A DNA stretch of 64,000 bases. Origin: Cenarchaeum sp. (lineage in GTDB: Archaea > Thermoproteota > Nitrososphaeria > Nitrososphaerales > Nitrosopumilaceae). This document shows, one piece after another, positions 1-11,155 of this stretch. The position numbers and the translations under genes were made by a program. Each line of letters opens with the position of its first letter. The stretch's first letter is position 1. The notes under the pieces are model-generated. The model did not search any database. It saw only the letters and a program-made list of their open reading frames with translations, and was not told the DNA's origin. The stretch spans positions 1,504,001 to 1,568,000 of the forward strand of contig OZ243037.1 of the NCBI GenBank assembly GCA_965212015.1. The letters are read 5' to 3'.

Positions 1-441
1 AGACGATCTGCCAGTCGACATGTAGGCAGGCACACTTGAAAACGACCCGGCAGGGTCTGTTTTTTTATTTTTTTTTAAGATCCACCTTTATGTTGTGCCG
101 TATGCTGGTTGGCATAGGCACATATCTGTTTTGTTTATTTTGATTTTACCGGCGTGATTAAACCTGGATATAGAAACCACAGTATGCAGTGTACGCGATA
201 TGCCCTGATTGCACATGTCATTTGCGTGGGCTTTTTACACATGTGGATTAATAATATGATTTTACAATGCTTATTTCTGACACGTGTTTTTTCATGTGTG
301 ACGGGTGTATTTTTGAGGATTTATCCGGACAAATAATACTCCAGAAAATCACTGTGGTTTGGACACTATTCTGCTTATATGCGATATGTCCAAATTACAC
401 CACAGCAACGGTTTTTTATCCTGATATTACCTAGATGTGTG

Positions 442-915
442 ATGAAGGTAGTGATTATGATCGGGATTCAGGGAAGCGGCAAGACGACGCTTGCCAGGCA
501 AGAGTTTCCAGACCATGCCCACGTGTCCCTTGATATAATCAAGGGGTTTCCGTACACAAAAAAGCTAGAGATTCGAAAGCGGTATACGCCGGATGATGCA
601 GGGCTGTCGCCATACCCTATTAGTAAAAACAGGCAAGTCGAGTATGTGATTATGAGAGAATCCCTGGATACGGGCAGGGACGTGCTAGTCGATGACACCA
701 ATGTGACCCGCAGGATACGCCTGCAGCACATCTGCCTTGCCAGAAGGTACGGCGCCGAGGTAAGCGCCATATTCTTTACAAACATCCAAAGGGCGTACAG
801 CCAGAACCAGTTGCGCAAAAAGCCCATACCCAAGAAAATCTTGGACAGATTTCACAGGGACATGGAGATTCCACATATGGATGAGGGCTTTGAGTCCATC
901 CGGACCATATACTAG
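442..915 (+). CDS. AAA_33-type P-loop kinase (polynucleotide-kinase-like)
   Basis: Walker A GIQGSGKT, VLVDDTN motif, C-terminal P..DEGF; ATG at 442. Confidence 0.8.
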   Translation: MKVVIMIGIQGSGKTTLARQEFPDHAHVSLDIIKGFPYTKKLEIRKRYTPDDAGLSPYPISKNRQVEYVIMRESLDTGRDVLVDDTNVTRRIRLQHICLARRYGAEVSAIFFTNIQRAYSQNQLRKKPIPKKILDRFHRDMEIPHMDEGFESIRTIY

Positions 916-1490
916 GGTTTTCTGAACGTGCGTCATGCCTTGTTTTATGGCAGGTCCGTTCATCCGCGTGAATCCGCCAAATTCCGGGCTTGCATTCTGG
1001 CAAATGCGGTATTTTCCCCGTGTTCGGAGGGCCTCTGTCCTTACCGCATTTCCCGTGCATGCCGTCTTGTACAATTCCGGCAATCACTGCCCTGTATCGG
1101 ACAGGGAATGAACTATTTTGACAGGACAATCTGGTAGTTCTCATTCTGGTGCAGTTGACCGGTTTTTAGTGAAATTTTGTGCGTATCTGAACGCGAATTC
1201 GTATATTGGATTGCTTTTGGGCCTTTTTAAGGCCAACTGGACTAAATTTGGACGGATCGCGGATTGTTCCAGACAGATTAAGGCGATCAGGCCGAATTTG
1301 GGAGTTTTATCCATGCAAATAGGCTCAAGGAGCTGGAGTGTAAAGCGGTAACAACTTGATACCATCAAACTTAATAAGGAATGACATCCAATTAAACTCA
1401 TGGACAAATCAGAGAAACATGTCATAAAAGACGTCTATGTGTGTACATTTCCATACGGCGCAAACAAAGACACAGAGCCTAAAATGGACG

Positions 1491-2030
1491 TCAAGCAATC
1501 TTAATTTCTTTTTCTAGCTGGTTTTTGGCAGCTTGAATATACGTTAGTATCTCATTTTGCACGTCTGTCAGCTGTATCCAGACATTTATCACAAGTTTGT
1601 GATAGTCGGCAGTTCCCAATTCTATATCATTACGCTTTGAAAATATGAACAGATCCTGGTTTTTATCCATCATTTTGTTGTTCAGTTCCATTTTAAGATA
1701 AAGTGGATTCAATATTTTTTGAAGATCTTTGGAAAATAAGGCGTAATGCCCCGAATGAATTGCACTTTGAAACCCAACATGGCCCACGTATACGGGACGA
1801 AATTTGATCTTTTGACCATCATCATAAATATGACGTATTGGTTCAATCTTGCTATCATCGCCAAGATAATGCTGAATATCGTTTATCTCATCCAATATGG
1901 AACATCCTGCGTTATTACGACTCGTATTCTTGTCTAATCGTTTCTTTACAAAGTACACTGCTGGCGATCCAATGACCGAGATTATCACAACACTGTTGGT
2001 TATCACTTCCAACCAATTGGCATCCATCAC
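1491..2030 (-). CDS. hypothetical protein with N-terminal transmembrane helix
   Basis: 179-aa ORF with hydrophobic N-terminus (VVIISVIGSPAVYFV) followed by KKR. Confidence 0.6.
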   Translation of the reverse strand: MMDANWLEVITNSVVIISVIGSPAVYFVKKRLDKNTSRNNAGCSILDEINDIQHYLGDDSKIEPIRHIYDDGQKIKFRPVYVGHVGFQSAIHSGHYALFSKDLQKILNPLYLKMELNNKMMDKNQDLFIFSKRNDIELGTADYHKLVINVWIQLTDVQNEILTYIQAAKNQLEKEIKIA

Positions 2031-2217
2031 GATTTCTTGGCCTTTGAAGGCATTTTAATCATTCTAATTTGGATCTGACACGGCAGAATCGTCTTTTACG
2101 GGACAGTTTTTCGACAAACTAGGACGTGCCGGCCTCAAACTGGAGGGGTTTTTGACGAATACCTGCCAGTCTTGCGGCGCATGCCGGCAGAGTTTATAAC
2201 GTGACCATACCCCTAAA

Positions 2218-3225
2218 ATGGCATTGGACGGCGCACTAGAGCACATACTCGCTGCCTGTATAGTCTGTATAGTCGCATTTGCAACCGTATACTGTATTAC
2301 GCCATATCTGATAAGGTACCTTGCCCGCCGCAACATGACGGTTCCTGACATGCACAAAAAGGACAAGCCGGCAATACCCAGGCCGGGGGGGCCTGCCATA
2401 ATTGCGGGTATTATAACATCCGAGATTGCACTGTATGCTTTTTTTCCGCATGTGGAGGTTCTTGCCATACTGGCATCCAGTGCGATTGCCTTTGCAGTCG
2501 GGTGGGTTGACGACAAAAAGGCCATGGGCGGCTGGTTCAAGCCGCTGGCACTGGCCTTTGCCGCAGTCCCGATACTCGCATTGGGTGCGTATGGCACCGA
2601 CTTGGCATTTCCGATATTCGGCTCGGTGCACATTCCGCTGCTATACCTGGGCATTATAGTGATAATGATTCCAATCACCGGAAACACCATAAACTCCATA
2701 GACGTCTTTAACGGGGCGGCCAGCGGATTCATGGCAATTGCCGGCATATCCCTCACCATATGCCTGGTGATAGTCCAGAATTACACCATTGCCCTTGCCA
2801 GCCTTCCCCTGATATTTGTCTCGCTTGCCTTTTACAAGTACCACAAGTCTCCAAGCAGGATATTTCCCGGCGACTCTGGGGCGCTGGCCTTTGGCGGCAT
2901 GTACGGGGCGCTTGCCATAGTGGGGCAGGTCGAGATTGTTGCCGCAATCGCCATACTGCCCGCCATAATAAACTCGTTTTTGTTCCTCTCTAGCGTAAAG
3001 CGCATAGTGGAGCATCGCGAGATAAAGGTAAAGCCTGCGTTTCTTACGGATGATTTAAAGCTGAACGCCTCGAAGGATCCTAGGGCGCCGATAAGTCTGG
3101 TGCGCATTATAGTGTCAAAAATCCCAATGACCGAGGGGCAGATAGTGCGCGAGATATTAAAGCTTGCCACATTCTCCGGCATACTGGCAGTAATCACGGC
3201 GTTTCTTATGGGCGTGAAACTTTGA
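2218..3225 (+). CDS. UDP-GlcNAc:dolichyl-phosphate GlcNAc-1-P transferase (MraY/GPT family, AglH-like)
   Basis: Multi-TM; DMHK, GWVDD, NSIDVFNG and IFPGDSG motifs; TTTATAA about 25 nt upstream. Confidence 0.9.
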   Translation: MALDGALEHILAACIVCIVAFATVYCITPYLIRYLARRNMTVPDMHKKDKPAIPRPGGPAIIAGIITSEIALYAFFPHVEVLAILASSAIAFAVGWVDDKKAMGGWFKPLALAFAAVPILALGAYGTDLAFPIFGSVHIPLLYLGIIVIMIPITGNTINSIDVFNGAASGFMAIAGISLTICLVIVQNYTIALASLPLIFVSLAFYKYHKSPSRIFPGDSGALAFGGMYGALAIVGQVEIVAAIAILPAIINSFLFLSSVKRIVEHREIKVKPAFLTDDLKLNASKDPRAPISLVRIIVSKIPMTEGQIVREILKLATFSGILAVITAFLMGVKL

Positions 3226-3434
3226 GGTCGCTTTACGCCTTTGTGTTTCTCATGTGGGGCTTGATGATTATAGGCGGGGGTATTCTCACCACGCTGGGCT
3301 CGTTTTCCGTACCCGCAGAGGATCTGCACCCGTTTGCCCTGTCGGTCATAAAGGCCATAATTGCCGTCCTGCTTGTTATACTGTGGATTGTAGTTCTATC
3401 CCGTATGAAAAGGATGATCTTTAACAGGGTATAG
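3222..3434 (+). CDS. small two-TM membrane protein
   Basis: Start overlaps the upstream stop; two hydrophobic helices. Confidence 0.7.
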   Translation: MRSLYAFVFLMWGLMIIGGGILTTLGSFSVPAEDLHPFALSVIKAIIAVLLVILWIVVLSRMKRMIFNRV

Positions 3435-3447
3435 TTATCTGTCAGAG

Positions 3448-4458
3448 TTAGCCTGTTTTTATGATCTGGCGCAGCTTGTCGTATGGGTCTTCCATGGATT
3501 TTAGCATGTTTTCTGCCCTGTTGTCTGGTTTTTTATTCAGCATGTACTGTATGGTGTATGGGATCTTTTTTGGGTCTCTCTGCCGGGTTATGATCTTTTT
3601 TCTTACCAGATATTTTTCTATTAGATTTGGCGCGGCATCGTACGATATCGTGGGCGTGCCCAGCAGTGCGGATTCTGCCGTCATGGTGCCGCCGGAGCCG
3701 ACAAATACGTCGCATCCCTGAAGCAGGGACTTGCCGTCATACATCATGCCCTGCGTCTTTATCCTGCTTCCGAATGTTTCTTCGAGTGCCTTTTTCTGGT
3801 CATCATATCTGTACAGTACTATAACGTTCTGATCCCCATGCTGCTTTAGGATGTTTTCGATTATGGGGTTTGATGCGTGTTTTTTTATGTATGCTGCTTG
3901 ATCCTCTGCAAGCCGGATGAGGATGGTCTTTTTTTCCGTGTCAAATACGGGCTTTGACTTTGTGATTCTCTTTATCATGGGCGCCGCATCGATTGCCCTG
4001 TACGGTATGATGTCTTTTGGCGCGATTCCGAACTTTGTAAATTCCCTCTTTGGGATTATCCATGGGGTAAGCAGTTTTTGTATCAGTGGGATTGAGAGCT
4101 TTAGCGCCGCGGTGTGGTGCGGCGAGTCGTTAAATGCAATGTGTCGGATTCCCATGCCGTGGGATACGCGGGATGCGTCCGGCGAGCAAAAGCTTATCGT
4201 CAGGTCGGGTGCGAATTTGTGGATTAATTTTGAGAGTATCATGCATCTTTGCAGGCTGGATTCTAGCTTGCCGTACTTTTCCGCACCGCCGTACCTGCCG
4301 GCAAGGGTCAGCGGGAATTTTTTTATCCTGGCGATTGATGTCACTTCGCCGTATCTGCGGGAGGTGCACAGTATTTTGTGGCTCTTTTTCAGGTCCCTTG
4401 CCATGGGCTCGAAAAAGAGCAGCTGTTTGGGGGTTAGTATGTCAAACCAGATCTTCAT
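3448..4458 (-). CDS. DUF354 family GT-B-fold protein
   Basis: MKIWFDILTPKQLLFF N-terminus and GSGGTMTAESALLGTPTIS motif. Confidence 0.85.
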   Translation of the reverse strand: MKIWFDILTPKQLLFFEPMARDLKKSHKILCTSRRYGEVTSIARIKKFPLTLAGRYGGAEKYGKLESSLQRCMILSKLIHKFAPDLTISFCSPDASRVSHGMGIRHIAFNDSPHHTAALKLSIPLIQKLLTPWIIPKREFTKFGIAPKDIIPYRAIDAAPMIKRITKSKPVFDTEKKTILIRLAEDQAAYIKKHASNPIIENILKQHGDQNVIVLYRYDDQKKALEETFGSRIKTQGMMYDGKSLLQGCDVFVGSGGTMTAESALLGTPTISYDAAPNLIEKYLVRKKIITRQRDPKKIPYTIQYMLNKKPDNRAENMLKSMEDPYDKLRQIIKTG

Positions 4459-4673
4459 GTGATTTTGGTGTGATTTTTGCGCTCAATAAGTCTTGTGTTC
4501 TGCCTGTGTGTCGTATTTTTAAAAACGTGATCTGTCTGTGACAGGATGGATCCTCAGATCGCGCTATATCTGTCATAATATGTTCAAAAAATACATTGAG
4601 AGCATTCTCAATATAGGCGTGGCCATGCCTGCCTATGTCGCATAAAAGATTTTTATTCATTAGTATGGCACAC

Positions 4674-6449
4674 ATGTTGTTGCAAATAGAAAAAATTACC
4701 ATACATAATATCCTGTCATATGAAGATGTCACTTTTACCCTCAAACAAAATAATGTGATAGTTGGCCCAAATAATTCAGGCAAATCAAACATATTGAGAA
4801 TATTAAACATGTTGAAAAATATCGATTTCATACAACATTTAAAAATGGATTCAAAATCCAAACATAGTGATGGATATTCTCTTTTATCGTTGAATCTCTT
4901 GTTGACAAAATCCGAGTCACGAATGCTAAATTCAGTGATATTTCGCAATCCAAATGTAACAGATGACTTGGATCGCGATTTTTCACGAATTCAAATAGTC
5001 ATCAAATGGAGTAAATCTGCAAATGATGACTTGCCAGCGGAGGTAATCTTGAGAATATCCAACGGGATCACATTTGTTAATCACCAGCCTAATGAGGCAT
5101 TTTATACAGATAAAATCATTCTCAATGAAAATTTGATCGCTGTTCCCACAATCATAAGAGGTATGCGAAGTAAAATAACGTCATACCAACAAATACATAA
5201 AATCCATGCTCCTGCATTGTTTCAAACAATTTTATATTCTCCTCCATTCTCCAATAATATTAAGTCATTTTTTTCAATAAGAAATGAAAAATGTTCCATT
5301 CCATGCAATATGGTTATATTACCAACTGACAATCGTGAATTTATTCCGCAGATCTTTAAATTTGTGGATGCAAATATGGTGGCCGGCAGTGAAATATCCA
5401 TATTTCATTTGATCACAAAATTCTTACATAAAGGATTATTCCTAATTGAGGAAATGCGACCACCAATTAATGATTTTGCAAATATGTTGTTTGTCATGAA
5501 GAACAATCAGGAAAGAGACTATGAAGAAATAAAATCAAGTTTTTCGAAAATTTTTTCTGGAATGCTGTTTGAAATACGTAAAGGCGAACAACAGAAGAAA
5601 CATATTATCATACATGAGCGTGAAAAAGAATTCCCCCTAGAGAAATCATCGGCAGGATACTTTCAGATGCTTTATATTCTTTATCAAATACATGGCAAAA
5701 AAGGCCAATCAGTGTTTTTTGATGAGCCCGAAACACACTTGCATCCAAACAATATTAAAAAAATGACAAATTATCTGAATAATTATGGAAAAGGAAATGC
5801 CGAATTGGATGACTTTGATGCTCGATCCAAATATTTTCATAGTTTTGAAAACCAAATTTCGCTGATTACCCATTCCCCATTATTGGTGACCCATCAGTTG
5901 TTATCTGATAAAACAAAAGAACTGTTTTATGTCAACAAACAAAACAGCACAAGCACTGTTAATCAAAAATCTGATAATTTTATCATGGATGTAAAGACTG
6001 CAAATTTTAGGCCTCAGATATTCTTTGGTAAATGTGTAATTTTAGTCGAAGGTATAACTGACGAATATGCCATGATGGGGTTATCGGCAAGATGTGGAAA
6101 TGAAATTGAAAAAAACGACATTGTACTAGTCAATGTTGGCAGCAAAACACAACTGCCTCATTATATTTCACTTCTCTCGGAATATAACATGCCGTATGTT
6201 GCTATGGCGGATTCTGATTATGAGGATAATTCGCGTGGTGTGATCATGTTGAAAACAGATCTAGAAGATGAACTAAAGTCATACGGCATGCCTTGGCGAA
6301 AGGATAAAAATCAGAAAAAAGAATTTAAGCCGGAAAAAATCTATGATTTCATGGCTAGCTCTGAAAATGACGAAAAAGTAAAAAATGGCACCATATACAA
6401 AGTAATGAAAAAAGCCGTATCCCTTGTTGATCCTGTCACGGATGCCTGA
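4674..6449 (+). CDS. OLD-family ATP-dependent nuclease (ABC ATPase + TOPRIM)
   Basis: GPNNSGKS Walker A, SSAG signature, FFDEPETHLHP Walker B, ITHSP, TOPRIM ILVEGITDE and DSD. Confidence 0.85.
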   Translation: MLLQIEKITIHNILSYEDVTFTLKQNNVIVGPNNSGKSNILRILNMLKNIDFIQHLKMDSKSKHSDGYSLLSLNLLLTKSESRMLNSVIFRNPNVTDDLDRDFSRIQIVIKWSKSANDDLPAEVILRISNGITFVNHQPNEAFYTDKIILNENLIAVPTIIRGMRSKITSYQQIHKIHAPALFQTILYSPPFSNNIKSFFSIRNEKCSIPCNMVILPTDNREFIPQIFKFVDANMVAGSEISIFHLITKFLHKGLFLIEEMRPPINDFANMLFVMKNNQERDYEEIKSSFSKIFSGMLFEIRKGEQQKKHIIIHEREKEFPLEKSSAGYFQMLYILYQIHGKKGQSVFFDEPETHLHPNNIKKMTNYLNNYGKGNAELDDFDARSKYFHSFENQISLITHSPLLVTHQLLSDKTKELFYVNKQNSTSTVNQKSDNFIMDVKTANFRPQIFFGKCVILVEGITDEYAMMGLSARCGNEIEKNDIVLVNVGSKTQLPHYISLLSEYNMPYVAMADSDYEDNSRGVIMLKTDLEDELKSYGMPWRKDKNQKKEFKPEKIYDFMASSENDEKVKNGTIYKVMKKAVSLVDPVTDA

Positions 6450-6648
6450 TATGATACACCCCATCCCAAATTTGCCGTTTTTTACGTGTATACTGTGTGT
6501 TTGCCATCTAATTTTAGGACTTTGAATTCTTGATCTCAAATTTTGGACTGAGATCATAGCATATCGTGTGTGGTAATAAAAAGTAGTATCAACGTACGAT
6601 ACATGAAGGAAAGTATCATTTAAATCCATATTAGTAAATAATGATCAC

Positions 6649-7791
6649 ATGATGACAAACGGACAATACGACCCAAACATGAATCGCCAAAAAATCGCCA
6701 TATATCTCCCAATCGATGGGACTCGTGGGGGCGGGGAGCAGGTATCCCGTGATATAATCCGCGTACTGCATGAAAGCAAAAAATACCATATTACAATATT
6801 TACGCCATACACAAAACAGGAAACATATCCGCCAGATATCGCCCTAAAGCACTTTCTTCCTGCATGGATTAAAAAATACAAGATCATCAAACCCAAGATC
6901 GTCTGGTGGGCATTCCTATATGTCCGATACAGGTTCCAGAGGTTGAAAAACTTTGATCTAATCATACAGCCAAATGAAACATCGTTGCCCCACCAATCAA
7001 TCCCCATTCTCATATATTCGCATGACGGGCACCATTATCATGAACAAATACGACAAAGGATCAAAAATTCCAAGGGAATCAGACATTACATGAGAAAAAA
7101 AATATACGGAGGTTTTGTTGGCGACTTTGACAACATGTGCAGCAACGAAAATATCCATGTGATAACCAACTCTACAGACACCCAAAAAAGACTCAACCCA
7201 AAGCAAACCATTGTAATCCCACCCGCCATATACCTGAATAAATACAAACAGATGAGCAAAAAAGACGGAATAGTCTCGCTGGCAAGATATGACCGCGCAA
7301 AAAACTGGGAATTACTAATCAAAGTCATGGGTGATATCGGCGTAAAATCCATCTGCCTTGGTTCTACCGATTATGAAGGATCTCTGCAATATTACGACGA
7401 ACTGAAAGCGGCGGCATCTGAGAATGTGACACTAAAGCACAATGTTGATTTTGACACTATAGTGAATGATCTTGCAGAATCCAAGGTTTATCTCCATGCC
7501 GCATCCAGGGAGGGATTTGGAATTACGGTTATAGAAGCAATGGCATCAGGTTGCATACCCATAGTTCCAGACAATACGGCACTTGCAGACACTGTTCCGT
7601 TTGCAGAACTTCGGTATGAGACAAATTCGGCAGATGATGCTGCGAACAAAGTCAGGCATGCCTTGGCCGGAGAGTATGATCATTATCTTCCAAAACTATG
7701 TGAGCATATCAAGCAGTATGATTTTGACAACTTTCAAAAGCAGATTCTGGCAAAAATAGACGGCATATTAAAAAAAGACTCCAATACGTGA
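6649..7791 (+). CDS. GT4 glycosyltransferase
   Basis: GGGEQV N-terminal motif, RYDRAKN, EGFGITVIEAMASG. Confidence 0.9.
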   Translation: MMTNGQYDPNMNRQKIAIYLPIDGTRGGGEQVSRDIIRVLHESKKYHITIFTPYTKQETYPPDIALKHFLPAWIKKYKIIKPKIVWWAFLYVRYRFQRLKNFDLIIQPNETSLPHQSIPILIYSHDGHHYHEQIRQRIKNSKGIRHYMRKKIYGGFVGDFDNMCSNENIHVITNSTDTQKRLNPKQTIVIPPAIYLNKYKQMSKKDGIVSLARYDRAKNWELLIKVMGDIGVKSICLGSTDYEGSLQYYDELKAAASENVTLKHNVDFDTIVNDLAESKVYLHAASREGFGITVIEAMASGCIPIVPDNTALADTVPFAELRYETNSADDAANKVRHALAGEYDHYLPKLCEHIKQYDFDNFQKQILAKIDGILKKDSNT

Positions 7792-8010
7792 TTTTTTTGA
7801 CATATATGCGGAACCGGGAATTGAAATTTGCCCTAGAAACAAATCATAATAATCAGGACCGTGACTTTATCGTCATGGAGACTATGGCCAGTCAAGTGCT
7901 TTAATGGAGCCACAATCTCGCACTAGAAATTTCAACCCATGTCTACATATTGCCGGAAGGGCATTGCCCAAACCCTCACATATTTTATATATGAACCATA
8001 TGCCGTCCAT

Positions 8011-9255
8011 ATGATGAACGTGGGTTTTGTCGGACTGGGCAAGCTAGGCCTGCCGTCCGCGCTGGCCATCGAGTCAAAAGGCCACACCGTAACAGGATAC
8101 GACATTAACCCAAAGATCAAAGAGTATATCGAGACCAAGAGCATCCCGTATCTGGAGGCCGGCGTTCCGGAACTGCTCCAGAACACAAAGATCCGCGTTC
8201 TGCCCCTGTCCAACGTGCTAAAGGAATCCGAGATAATATTCATGCCGGTACAGACGCCGCACGACCCCCTGTACGAGGGAATCACAAAGCTGCCGGACAC
8301 CACGGCGGACTTTGATTACGAGTATCTGAAATCTGCATGCAAGGCAGTCTCTGCAGAGCTGGACAAGCTAGGCCAGGACAGAATCATAATCATAATATCG
8401 ACGGTACTGCCCGGGACAATACAGCGCGAGATAAAGCCCCTCCTGTCCCCGCACGCAAAGCTGTGCTACAACCCGTTTTTTATCGCCATGGGAACCACCG
8501 TGCACGACTTTTTAAACCCCGAGATAGTCCTGTTCGGGGTAGACGACTCCGAGGCAGTCGCCAAGGCCAAGGAATTTTACAGCACGATAACTGACGTGCC
8601 GTTCCACGAGATGAGCATAATAAACGCCGAGCTGGTAAAGGTAAACTATAACACGTTTATCACGATGAAGATCAACTTTGCAAACAACCTGATGGAGGTC
8701 TGCCATAAAATGAGAAAAGCGGGCGCGGATGTCGACGTGGTAATAAACGCGTTATCCGATTGCACCAAGAGGATCATCAGTCCGTCATACATGAGGGGCG
8801 GAATGCCGGACGGTGGAGGGTGCCATCCGCGCGACAACATTGCGCTGGCGGACTTTGCAAAGCGCCACGATCTCTCCAACGATATCTATACCGAAGGCAT
8901 GATGGTGCGCGAACACCACATAGAATGGTTTGCAGACATGATCAATAAATACGACATGCCAAAGATAATACTGGGAAAGTCATACAAGCCAGAGACGAAC
9001 CTCACTGTAGGCAGCTCCTCGATGCGGCTGTACAACGAACTCAAGGATAAAATACCCATAACCATATGGGATCCGTACGTGGACGGCATGGACAACATTA
9101 AGGAAATGCAAAGGGGGCCTGCAGTGTACTTTATCGGCACAAAGCATGAATATTTTCAGAAATTCCAATACCCCGAAGGAAGCACGGTGATTGATCCGTT
9201 CGGATACATCGTACCACGTGACGGCATAACCGTAATCCCGGTGGGGCGGCAATGA
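8011..9255 (+). CDS. UDP-glucose/GDP-mannose dehydrogenase family protein
   Basis: GLGKLG Rossmann, VQTP, STVLPG, GGGCHPRD catalytic Cys, GKSYKP. Confidence 0.9.
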   Translation: MMNVGFVGLGKLGLPSALAIESKGHTVTGYDINPKIKEYIETKSIPYLEAGVPELLQNTKIRVLPLSNVLKESEIIFMPVQTPHDPLYEGITKLPDTTADFDYEYLKSACKAVSAELDKLGQDRIIIIISTVLPGTIQREIKPLLSPHAKLCYNPFFIAMGTTVHDFLNPEIVLFGVDDSEAVAKAKEFYSTITDVPFHEMSIINAELVKVNYNTFITMKINFANNLMEVCHKMRKAGADVDVVINALSDCTKRIISPSYMRGGMPDGGGCHPRDNIALADFAKRHDLSNDIYTEGMMVREHHIEWFADMINKYDMPKIILGKSYKPETNLTVGSSSMRLYNELKDKIPITIWDPYVDGMDNIKEMQRGPAVYFIGTKHEYFQKFQYPEGSTVIDPFGYIVPRDGITVIPVGRQ

Positions 9256-10160
9256 GAATACTCCTGATAGGCGGGCTGGGATACATAGGCTCCACCCTGA
9301 TAGACGAGCTCTTAAAGTCCAAGGACCACGACATTACCGTCCTTGACCCGCTATTGTTCGATATTGCGCCAGATTACTTTCACAGGATACTCAGCGGCCA
9401 CAAGGTAAGATTCGTCAAGGAGAGCGTCGCAGACATGCATACAACATGGAACCTCATCAAGCAGCACGATATCATAGTGTATATGGCCTCGCTTACAATG
9501 CCCGAGACTGCCAAGCACCCGGAGGAGGGCATATTCGTAAACAGGTACATGGCAGAAATGGTAGGGGACTGCTGCGTAAAGCTTGACAAGCGCATGATAT
9601 TCATGAGCACGTGCAGTAACTATGGCAAGGCACAAAAGCCGGTAAACGAGGACGGGGATCTGTTGCCCGTCTCCATGTACGCCATGACAAAGGTGGACGC
9701 GGAAAAATACCTGCTGCGCAACGTGCCCAATATCACCATACTCCGGTGCGCGACTGCGTACGGCGTGGGCGCCGGCAGGACGCGGTGGGACGTGCTCCTC
9801 AACGACCTTACCCGTACCGCGCTGGAGCACAATGCGATAGACCTGTTCCAGCCCAATGCGCACAGGCCCATATGCCACGTCTCGGACATTGCAAGGGCCA
9901 TCCGCATGATGGTCGATTCTTCCGTCAGGGAAAAAATATACAACGTGGGCGACGACTCGCAAAACTATACGAAAAAAGAGCTCGCAGATATGGTGGCCGG
10001 GCTTGCCGGCGCCAAAATAGACATTACCGAAAAGGACGATGACCGCGACTATACGGTGGACTTTGCCCGCATACGCGACGAGCTGGGATTCGAGGCGCAG
10101 CACACGCCGGAATCTGCCATTCCCATACTGATACGGCACTGGAAAGAGCGAAAGGAATGA
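9252..10160 (+). CDS. NAD-dependent nucleotide-sugar epimerase/dehydratase (extended SDR)
   Basis: GGLGYIG, STCSNYG, YAMTK (YxxxK); ATGA overlap. Confidence 0.9.
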   Translation: MRILLIGGLGYIGSTLIDELLKSKDHDITVLDPLLFDIAPDYFHRILSGHKVRFVKESVADMHTTWNLIKQHDIIVYMASLTMPETAKHPEEGIFVNRYMAEMVGDCCVKLDKRMIFMSTCSNYGKAQKPVNEDGDLLPVSMYAMTKVDAEKYLLRNVPNITILRCATAYGVGAGRTRWDVLLNDLTRTALEHNAIDLFQPNAHRPICHVSDIARAIRMMVDSSVREKIYNVGDDSQNYTKKELADMVAGLAGAKIDITEKDDDRDYTVDFARIRDELGFEAQHTPESAIPILIRHWKERKE

Positions 10161-11155
10161 TTCCCCAATTTGTCCCGTACTGGGGGGAAAAGGAGACCTC
10201 GGCGGTATCGGACATACTCACAAACTCTGACTATCTGAACGAGCACAAGACGGTGCGTGAGTTTGAGCGCAGCTTTGCAGAGTTTGTCGGGGCCAAGCAC
10301 TGCGTTGCGGTGACCAGCGGCACGATGGCGCTGTATTGTGCCATACATGCAGCATCAAACATGGATGCAGTGCGCATTCCGTCCCACGACGGGATATTTG
10401 CGTTTAACGCGCTTTTGGCGGCCGGCAGGACGCCTGTGGTATCAGACGTGGACCATATGGGCCTGCTCCGGGGAACGGATGGGCCGTCAATAACCGTCCA
10501 TGCCAACGGGAGAATATCTGATTCCGTCACAAATATAGAGGACTGCGCCCAGGCCGTGCACCACCACACCAAAAACAAGATCAGCACGTACAGCTTTGCA
10601 TCAACAAAACACATCACCACGGGCGGCCAGGGCGGCGCCGTATGCTGCGACGATCAGGAGACGTTTGACAAGCTGACACGCCTAAAGGATCACGGAAGAA
10701 ACGACCGGCAGATGCTCAGGCCAATGTCGGACAACTATGACCGGTGGGGCGTGAACTTTAAGCTTACCGAGATCCAGGCGGCGTTCGGGCTGGTACAGCT
10801 GCAGGATTTAAAGAGGCGCATGAGGAGATTCGTCGAGATATATGCGATATATAGTGACGGACTCAAGGATGTGTTGGATTTTGATGATGCAATGCCGAGC
10901 TGGTATGTGGACGTCTTTACCCCAAAGGCGGGCGGGATTCGAGATAAACTAAAGAAAAAAGACATACATTGCAGATCCTACCCAAAGCCGCTCCACATGC
11001 AGGATGTGGCATCGGGATATGCCGGGGATTCAAAGTTTCCAAATGCAGAGTCAAGATACAAGACGGGACTGTACCTTCCGTCTTCCACAAACCTTGGTGA
11101 TGAGGACATAAAGCGCGTTACGAATGAGGTAATTCATGCAGTCTCTGAACTATGA
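10157..11155 (+). CDS. DegT/DnrJ/EryC1/StrS sugar aminotransferase
   Basis: SGTMAL, EDCAQA, SFASTKHITTGGQGG (PLP lysine). Confidence 0.9.
   Translation: MIPQFVPYWGEKETSAVSDILTNSDYLNEHKTVREFERSFAEFVGAKHCVAVTSGTMALYCAIHAASNMDAVRIPSHDGIFAFNALLAAGRTPVVSDVDHMGLLRGTDGPSITVHANGRISDSVTNIEDCAQAVHHHTKNKISTYSFASTKHITTGGQGGAVCCDDQETFDKLTRLKDHGRNDRQMLRPMSDNYDRWGVNFKLTEIQAAFGLVQLQDLKRRMRRFVEIYAIYSDGLKDVLDFDDAMPSWYVDVFTPKAGGIRDKLKKKDIHCRSYPKPLHMQDVASGYAGDSKFPNAESRYKTGLYLPSSTNLGDEDIKRVTNEVIHAVSEL

Noticed and set aside
1400-1490. MDKSEKHVIKDVYVCTFPYG resembles a MazF/PemK N-terminus
   Set aside because: Too short, and the K.RP motif is missing
2064-2190. Weak similarity among GC-richer intergenic stretches (about 2064-2190, 39300-39380, 52490-52660), a possible MITE family
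   Set aside because: Only scattered short matches by eye; needs an alignment to support
4674-6449. Gabija system
   Set aside because: No UvrD-like GajB next to the OLD nuclease
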